From positions 420,001 through 452,000 of the forward strand of contig NZ_CP011304.1 of assembly GCF_000981785.2 (NCBI RefSeq): DNA of 32,000 nt, in the 5' to 3' direction. The notes beneath the pieces are model-generated. The model saw only the letters and a program-made list of their open reading frames with translations. It had not been told where the DNA came from and did no database searches. Made by a program: the position numbers and the translations under genes. Positions 26,313 to 32,000 of the stretch are shown here, piece by piece. The stretch is from Microcystis aeruginosa NIES-2549 (GTDB lineage: Bacteria > Cyanobacteriota > Cyanobacteriia > Cyanobacteriales > Microcystaceae). Positions within the stretch are counted from its first letter, which is position 1; every line of letters begins with the position of its first letter.

Positions 26313-26491
26313 GGTTACTCAAAAATTCTCCTTTCCGATTCTAACTCATCCAGGCGGTATTTCCACAAGTGGCGATCGAGGGAACCGGGAGGCAGCCATT
26401 GGATATTATTGAAAATAACGCCGAAAACGAGGGTCTAAATGGTCTTTTTTGCGGCGATTACAGGATAAACAAAGGGTTTGCAGGTTACTAA

Positions 26492-27572
26492 TATAGCGGT
26501 ATGCACTTGCATGAGGTACAATAGAAGAGGACAATAAATTATAGACCTAGGCAGGAGCCACGACCCGATGAAGCCCTATTCTTTAGACTTGCGACAAAAG
26601 ATCATCGAGACCTACGAGGAGAATAACCTCTCACAACGTGAGTTAGCCAAAAGATTTAGAGTAGCTTTAAGCTTTATCCAGAAACTAATCAAGCAGTGGC
26701 GTGAAACAGGAAATCTAAATCCCCGACCGCATGGTGGAGGACAAAAACTCAAGCTTAAGAGCGACGAAATTATCTTGCTGGGCGATTTAGTCCAAGAAAA
26801 GAAAGATGCCACCTTAGACGAGTTAAGAAAACAAATTGAGGAAAAAACACAGACGGTGGTGAGTAACTCAACAATCAGTAGAATTTTAAAACGGCTAAAT
26901 TTAACTCAAAAAAAAAGCTTACACGCTAGGGAAAGAGACACGGAAAGAGTGCAAAAATTAAGAGAAGAATATTGGGAGAAAATCCGAGATGTTAGAGCGG
27001 AAGATTTGGTTTTCGTTGACGAGTCTGGCTCTAATCTAGGGATGACAAGACTTTATGGCAGGGCTGAAAAAGGTCAGAGAGTGTATGATTCAGTTCCGTT
27101 AAACCGAGGAAAAAACGTCACGATAATTGGAGCGATAGCGCTCAAAGGCTTGCTGGCTTTTATCAATGTATTTGGAGCCGCAAATGGTTTAATATTTGAA
27201 GCATTTATTGCTACATTATTAGTTCCAAACTTGTGGAAAGGAGCTTGTGTATTAATGGATAATGCTTCGATTCATCAAAAAGAAACCCTCGAACCAATTC
27301 TTCAAGAAGTCGGTGCTAGACTGGAGTTTTTACCTCCCTATTCTCCCGATTTTTCTCCCATTGAAAACTGTTGGTCGAAAGTGAAAATACTGATTCGTTC
27401 TATGTCACCTCGTACCTATGCTGATCTAGAAAAAGCGATCGTTCAAGCCTTTAGTCAGATTACATTGCGAGACATCCATCACTGGTTTACCCATTGTTGC
27501 TATTGCGATACCCCTTTTAAAGAGCCTACCTAGTCATCCATGCTGTACCTCATTCAACTGAAACCCGCTATA
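26492..27572 (+). mobile_element. IS630/Tc1-mariner family insertion sequence with imperfect 27-bp terminal inverted repeats and flanking TA dinucleotides
   Basis: The left end TAGCGGTATGCACTTGCATGAGGTACA (26494-26520) matches the reverse complement of the right end TAGCGGGTTTCAGTTGAATGAGGTACA (27544-27570) at 22 of 27 positions. TA flanks the element at 26492-93 and 27571-72. Confidence 0.75.
26568..27533 (+). CDS. IS630-family DDE transposase (DD34E)
   Basis: N-terminal HTH (LSQRELAKRF). The catalytic residues are in VFVDESG, LMDNASIH and SPIENCW, with 34 residues between the second D and the E. A single uninterrupted 321-aa ORF. Confidence 0.88.
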   Translation: MKPYSLDLRQKIIETYEENNLSQRELAKRFRVALSFIQKLIKQWRETGNLNPRPHGGGQKLKLKSDEIILLGDLVQEKKDATLDELRKQIEEKTQTVVSNSTISRILKRLNLTQKKSLHARERDTERVQKLREEYWEKIRDVRAEDLVFVDESGSNLGMTRLYGRAEKGQRVYDSVPLNRGKNVTIIGAIALKGLLAFINVFGAANGLIFEAFIATLLVPNLWKGACVLMDNASIHQKETLEPILQEVGARLEFLPPYSPDFSPIENCWSKVKILIRSMSPRTYADLEKAIVQAFSQITLRDIHHWFTHCCYCDTPFKEPT

Positions 27573-27730
27573 AAGCCACAGAGCAACAAAAAACTATAGT
27601 AAAAAAGGTTTATAAAATAAAAGATTGTCTTCAAGATTTAGAGAAAATTTACCAACGCAAACTAGAAGCGATCGCCGAACTTAAACAATCGATCCTAGAA
27701 AAAGCCTTCACCGGTCAACTCAGCCAGTAG
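27572..27730 (+). pseudogene. hsdS 3'-terminal fragment A
   Basis: Encodes ...KATEQQKTIVKKVYKIKDCLQDLEKIYQRKLEAIAELKQSILEKAFTGQLSQ*. This is the conserved HsdS C-terminal helix with no TRD upstream. It abuts the IS630 end. Confidence 0.65.
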
Positions 27731-27746
27731 AACCGTTAAAATGTAA

Positions 27747-28095
<349 letters not shown>

Positions 28096-28112
28096 CCCCT
28101 ACTTCAGATTTA

Positions 28113-28272
28113 TTCCTCCAATTGTAGAACAAAAAAAATCGTCGAGCAAATAGAAGAATGTTATCAAAAAACTCAAAAACTCGAAACCATTTACCAACGT
28201 AAACTAGAGGCGATCGCCGAACTTAAACAATCGATCCTAGAAAAAGCCTTCACCGGTCAACTCAGCCAATAG
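28113..28272 (+). pseudogene. hsdS 3'-terminal fragment B, with a frameshift in an A8 run
   Basis: IPPIVEQKK (frameshift at the A8 run, 28131-28138) IVEQIEECYQKTQKLETIYQRKLEAIAELKQSILEKAFTGQLSQ*. The last 84 nt match fragment A at 81 of 84 positions. Confidence 0.65.
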
Positions 28273-28447
28273 ATGGGTTAAAATACACAGAATAGCGGGA
28301 ACGCTCATCGATGCCGACCTATACCCTCGCAAACACTCGTAATCGACCCGGTGCGGGGCCAGCCGCCAGAACCAACGGGAAACCATCGGGAAAAAGCAGG
28401 GTCGAGGCCTTGACTGCGGACGTAAAAAAACTCGCCGATTCCTAGAA

Positions 28448-28720
28448 ATGCCTAGCTTCGAGTACGACGAAAACAAAAGTAAAACCAACCAACAAAAACA
28501 CGGCATAGACTTTATCGAAGCCCAAAAACTCTGGGAAGACGACAATCTACTGGAAATCACTGGCAAAAGCGAGACCGAGCCACGCTATTTAATCATCGGT
28601 CAAGTTCAAGATAAGCATTGGACGGCCGTGATTACCTATCGTAGTGAAATGATCCGTATTATCTCTGTTCGCCGTTCCCGTACTAATGAGGTTACATGGT
28701 ATGAAAGCCGAAGAATTTGA
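28448..28720 (+). CDS. brnT: BrnT (DUF497) ribonuclease toxin
   Basis: FEYDENKSKTNQQKHGIDFIEAQKLWED...RIISVRRSRTNEV. 90 aa. Confidence 0.85.
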   Translation: MPSFEYDENKSKTNQQKHGIDFIEAQKLWEDDNLLEITGKSETEPRYLIIGQVQDKHWTAVITYRSEMIRIISVRRSRTNEVTWYESRRI

Positions 28721-28925
28721 CGCGAAATTTGATGCGGGGGAAGACATGAGCGAATTTCTCGATTTCTCCACCGCCCGACGACCCAACCGGGAAAAGCAAA
28801 AAATCGAACTCGATTTACCCTTTTGGATCATTCGCAAACTAGAAGCCGAAGCCCAGAAAGAGGGCGTTTCCACTCAAACATTCCTAGAAAACTATCTAGC
28901 CCGACACATCGCCTCCGCCCCCTAG
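28701..28925 (+). CDS. brnA: BrnA antitoxin (CopG/RHH-like)
   Basis: MKAEEFDAKFDAGEDMSEFLDFSTARRP...KIELDLPFWIIRKLEAEAQKEGVSTQTFLENYL. The start is placed at the ATG at 28701. Overlaps brnT by 20 nt. Confidence 0.8.
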   Translation: MKAEEFDAKFDAGEDMSEFLDFSTARRPNREKQKIELDLPFWIIRKLEAEAQKEGVSTQTFLENYLARHIASAP

Positions 28926-28928
28926 TTT

Positions 28929-31241
28929 ATGAACGAAGCCGAAACCAGAGCCGAACTGATTGACCCTGCCCTCAAAGCCGCCGGATGGGGAGTCATTCCC
29001 GACAGTAAAATTCGTCGCGAGGTAATTGCCCCCGGTCGTCTGGTGGGTTCTGGCCAGCGCAGTTCATCGAAAACCTGCGATTATGTCCTGGTCTATCGCG
29101 GTCACAAACTCGCCACCCTGGAAGCCAAAAAACGCGACGCGCACCCCACCGAGGGACTTGGGCAGGCTAAGGACTACGCCGAGCGCCTGCAAACTCCCTT
29201 CGCCCTCTGTACCAACGGCCTCCGCATTTATCGAGTGGATACCCGCGCCGGAAAAGAAGGCTATATCGATCGCTACCCCACCCAGGAAGAACTCTGGGCG
29301 GCCACCTACCCCGATTCCAACCACTGGCGCGACCGTTTCGCCACCGTCCCCCCCGATAATAAAAGCGGGATGCGCGAGTCCCGCTACTACCAACACAACG
29401 CCATCCAGGCCGTTCTAGAAGCGATCGCAGCTGGTCAAAAACGGATGCTCCTGACCATGGCCACCGGCACCGGCAAAACAACGATCGCCCTTCAAATCGC
29501 ATGGAAACTCTTTCATAGTAGTTGGAACCTGAGCGGTGAACCGACCCACCGGCCCTGTATTCTCTTCCTTACGGACCGCAATATTCTGGCTAATCAAGCT
29601 TTAACCGAGTTTACCGCCTTCCCCGAAGATGCCCTCGTTCGGATCGAACCGAAGAACATCCAGAAAACAAAGAAAGTCCCTAAAAACGGCAGCGTCTTTT
29701 TTTCGATCTTTCAAACCTTTATGACCCAAAACGGCGAGGAACTAGCCCCTAACTTCCTCGAATACGCCCCCGACTTTTTCGACTTGGTGATCGTGGATGA
29801 ATGTCATCGGGGCGGGGCCAACGACGAAAGCACTTGGCGAAAAATCCTCGAATACTTTGCCCCTGCTGTACAACTGGGATTAACTGCCACCCCGAAACGG
29901 GATCTCAACGGCGACACCTACAAATATTTCGGCGAACCCCTCTACACCTATTCCCTGAAAGAAGGCATTAACGAGGGCTACCTAACCCCCTTTAAGGTGG
30001 TTGAATTCACCACCAGTCTCGACGAGTACCAATATGATCCCGACGATGAACTGATCGAGGGCGATATCGACGAAAACAAGGTTTATACTGAATCCGACTT
30101 TAACCGGATTATCGAGATCGAGGAACGGGAACGCCAAAGGGTAAAAATTTTTATGGAGGCGATCGACCAAAACGAGAAAACCCTGGTTTTCTGCGCCAAT
30201 CAAGACCACGCCCTAGCCATTCGCGATCTGATCAATCAAATGGCTATCAGCAGCGATCCTAACTACTGCGCTCGCGTTACGGCCAACGATGGCAGCTTGG
30301 GAGAAACCCACTTAAAAAAGTTTCAAGATAACGAGAAAAGGCTCCCCACCATCCTCACCACCTCTCGCAAACTCTCCACCGGGGTGGATGCTAGAAACCT
30401 GAGAAATATCGTTCTACTGCGTCCGGTCAAATCGATGATCGAGTTCAAACAGATTATCGGGCGGGGGACGCGCCTTTTCGATAATAAAGACTATTTCACC
30501 ATCTACGATTTTGTTAAAGCCCACGAAAACTTTAACGATCCCGAATGGGACGGGGAACCGCAGGAACCCGTCGTCATCGATCCGAGGCCGCGCCCCGAAC
30601 CACCTGACGCGATCGAAGATCCTCTCGACGAGCCGGATCCTCTGCCGATACGCCAGAAAATTAAAATCAAACTGGCCGACGGCAAGGAACGAGAACTGGA
30701 ACACACCCAGAGAACAACTTTCTGGAATGCCGACGGAAAACCGATCTCGGCCGAGGAGTTTATCCAGCAGCTTTTCGGGGATATTCCCGATCTTTTTCAA
30801 GATGAAGCGGAATTGCGCCATCTCTGGGGCCGACCCGACACCCGCAAATCCCTGCTAACTGGACTCGCGGAAAAAGGCTACGGCGAGGAACAGCTACAGG
30901 CGATCGCCCGGATCACCAACACGGAAAATAGTGATATTTACGACGTGCTGACCTATATCGCCTACGCAGCCAGACCCTTGACCAGAGAAGAGCGGGTAAT
31001 CAAGCACAAAGATTTAATTTTCTCGAAATACACGCGAAAACAACGGGAGTTTCTCGACTTTATTCTTGATCAGTATATTCGCTCTGGCGTTGGCGAGCTT
31101 GACCGGGAGAAATTGCCAAAACTGATCGAGATTAAATATCACACCATTAACGAGGCGATCTCCCAATTGGGAGAAATTCAAGAAATTAGCGGGGTATTTA
31201 TGAGTTTTCATGCTTATCTTTACTGGTCAGACGCGGCCTAA
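28929..31241 (+). CDS. hsdR: Type I restriction endonuclease subunit R (EcoEI-like, with an EcoEI_R_C-type C-terminal domain)
   Basis: MNEAETRAELIDPALKAAGW N-terminus, nuclease motif DYVLVY...LATLEAKK, helicase motifs TMATGTGKT and VDECHRG, C-terminus ...YDVLTYIAYAARPLTREERV.... 770 aa with no internal stop. Confidence 0.85.
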   Translation: MNEAETRAELIDPALKAAGWGVIPDSKIRREVIAPGRLVGSGQRSSSKTCDYVLVYRGHKLATLEAKKRDAHPTEGLGQAKDYAERLQTPFALCTNGLRIYRVDTRAGKEGYIDRYPTQEELWAATYPDSNHWRDRFATVPPDNKSGMRESRYYQHNAIQAVLEAIAAGQKRMLLTMATGTGKTTIALQIAWKLFHSSWNLSGEPTHRPCILFLTDRNILANQALTEFTAFPEDALVRIEPKNIQKTKKVPKNGSVFFSIFQTFMTQNGEELAPNFLEYAPDFFDLVIVDECHRGGANDESTWRKILEYFAPAVQLGLTATPKRDLNGDTYKYFGEPLYTYSLKEGINEGYLTPFKVVEFTTSLDEYQYDPDDELIEGDIDENKVYTESDFNRIIEIEERERQRVKIFMEAIDQNEKTLVFCANQDHALAIRDLINQMAISSDPNYCARVTANDGSLGETHLKKFQDNEKRLPTILTTSRKLSTGVDARNLRNIVLLRPVKSMIEFKQIIGRGTRLFDNKDYFTIYDFVKAHENFNDPEWDGEPQEPVVIDPRPRPEPPDAIEDPLDEPDPLPIRQKIKIKLADGKERELEHTQRTTFWNADGKPISAEEFIQQLFGDIPDLFQDEAELRHLWGRPDTRKSLLTGLAEKGYGEEQLQAIARITNTENSDIYDVLTYIAYAARPLTREERVIKHKDLIFSKYTRKQREFLDFILDQYIRSGVGELDREKLPKLIEIKYHTINEAISQLGEIQEISGVFMSFHAYLYWSDAA

Positions 31242-31322
31242 TCCCCCCTGCCACCCCATGACTGAACTTTCCCCAGCCATTGTTTACTGTTTACCGATCA
31301 CTGAAAAAGCTTGCCAACCCCG

Positions 31323-31733
31323 ATGAATAACCCCCCCGATAGTCCATTCAATTACACAGAGGCTTTTATTGCCCTAGGAACGAGTAATTTCGATCGCTCG
31401 GTGCAGTTTTATCGTCAACTGTTGCAACAGGAACCAAGCCCCTACCTTGCCGCCGTTTATGCGGAATTTAGGCTGATTAACCTTAAATTAGGTCTTTTTT
31501 GCCCTAAAGAGTCCCACAGAGAGGAATTTGGCGATTCTAGGGGCAGTGGCATGAGCATTTGTTTCGAGGTGGAGAGTCTCGAAAAAGCGATCGAGCATTG
31601 GAGCGAAATCGGCTATGGTGCTAGGGGAGAAATTAGCCAAGCTTCCCACGGTTCGGAAATCTACATCTATGATCCCGATGGTAATCGTTTAATTTTCCAT
31701 CAATCCACCGCTAAAACCAATCCTTTCAGGTAG
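31323..31733 (+). CDS. Glyoxalase/bleomycin-resistance (VOC) family protein
   Basis: About 136 aa from the ATG at 31323. ...SICFEVESLEKAIEHW...GSEIYIYDPDGNRLIFHQ is a typical VOC beta-alpha-beta module. Confidence 0.65.
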   Translation: MNNPPDSPFNYTEAFIALGTSNFDRSVQFYRQLLQQEPSPYLAAVYAEFRLINLKLGLFCPKESHREEFGDSRGSGMSICFEVESLEKAIEHWSEIGYGARGEISQASHGSEIYIYDPDGNRLIFHQSTAKTNPFR

Positions 31734-32000
31734 GAACCTTCCGAGTGATAGATACTGGTGGGATGGTCCGCCGGTTGGCTTAAACGTGCTAAAATTCGCA
31801 CTGGGCGAGCCGATTCAATGGCGGCAGCCATGACAGCCCCCTGAAAATGTTCTTCGTTAACCACTTGGGAACAGGAAAAGGTGAAAATAATACCTTGGGG
31901 GCGAATTTTCTGGAAAGCTTGGTAATTTAATCTTTTATAAGCCATAACCGCCTGATGACGGGATTGGATACTTTTGGCAAAAGCGGGGGGATCGAGGACA
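31700..32000 (-). CDS. Class I SAM-dependent rRNA methyltransferase (RlmI-like), C-terminal part; the gene continues beyond the window
   Basis: The reverse frame reads ...LDPPAFAKSIQSRHQAVMAYKRLN...FSCSQ...ADHP...YLKG. DPPAF and the FSCS region fit RlmI/YwbD-type enzymes. Confidence 0.7.
   Translation of the reverse strand, partial: VLDPPAFAKSIQSRHQAVMAYKRLNYQAFQKIRPQGIIFTFSCSQVVNEEHFQGAVMAAAIESARPVRILARLSQPADHPTSIYHSEGSYLKGLVLAVD

Noticed and set aside
28237-28873. Minus-strand ORFs 28237..28566 and 28589..28873
   Set aside because: They are antisense to brnT and brnA, whose family signatures are clear, and have no motifs of their own.
29026-29597. Several long overlapping ORFs on both strands (29026..29418 +, 29064..29396 -, 29167..29502 -, 29415..29597 -) inside hsdR2
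   Set aside because: They lie inside a GC-rich gene whose main frame has clear HsdR motifs. Their products are low-complexity and Arg/Pro/Gly-rich, as expected for stop-poor alternative frames of GC-rich DNA.
31700-31733. 34-nt convergent overlap of the VOC gene and the methyltransferase gene 3' ends
   Set aside because: It is probably just tight convergent packing, and either stop could be real. It has no obvious regulatory structure.

Overview
The window looks like a cyanobacterial chromosome segment. HIP1 octamers (GCGATCGC) are frequent, the background is AT-rich, and the REP-like hairpins and IS630-family element resemble Microcystis; this species guess is inference only. Conserved housekeeping genes (menE-menC, comEC, sppA, obg, rpsP plus a KH-domain gene, usp, and a GT2/hydroxylase-SDR lipid gene pair) alternate with accessory and defence material.

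The two window ends each carry a type I restriction-modification locus, and in both the interval between the hsdS 3' end and hsdR is filled with toxin-antitoxin cassettes.
- Locus 1 (1-5571): hsdS 3' end, a small antitoxin-like ORF plus a truncated Doc, intact MNT-HepT, a small AbrB-like ORF, hsdR, and a YgjP-like metallopeptidase.
- Locus 2 (26492-31241): an IS630 element, two 84-nt direct repeats of an hsdS 3' end bracketing an antitoxin and a truncated RelE/ParE-like toxin, BrnT-BrnA, and an intact-looking hsdR with no hsdM and no intact hsdS nearby.

The centre holds a 1406-aa secreted-type protein with an HELGH metalloprotease-like domain, six near-identical 345-bp Calx-beta repeats, one diverged Calx-beta domain and RTX repeats. 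It also holds a UPF0175/DUF3368 TA pair and an Rpn/DUF4351 nuclease-like gene with an in-frame 12-nt microsatellite. A 33-nt perfect palindromic element occurs three times at gene 3' ends.

I saw no tRNA, rRNA or CRISPR array. I did not find a clearly new multi-gene system. The most unusual signal is the repeated layout of hsdS end, stacked or decayed TA cassettes, then hsdR.
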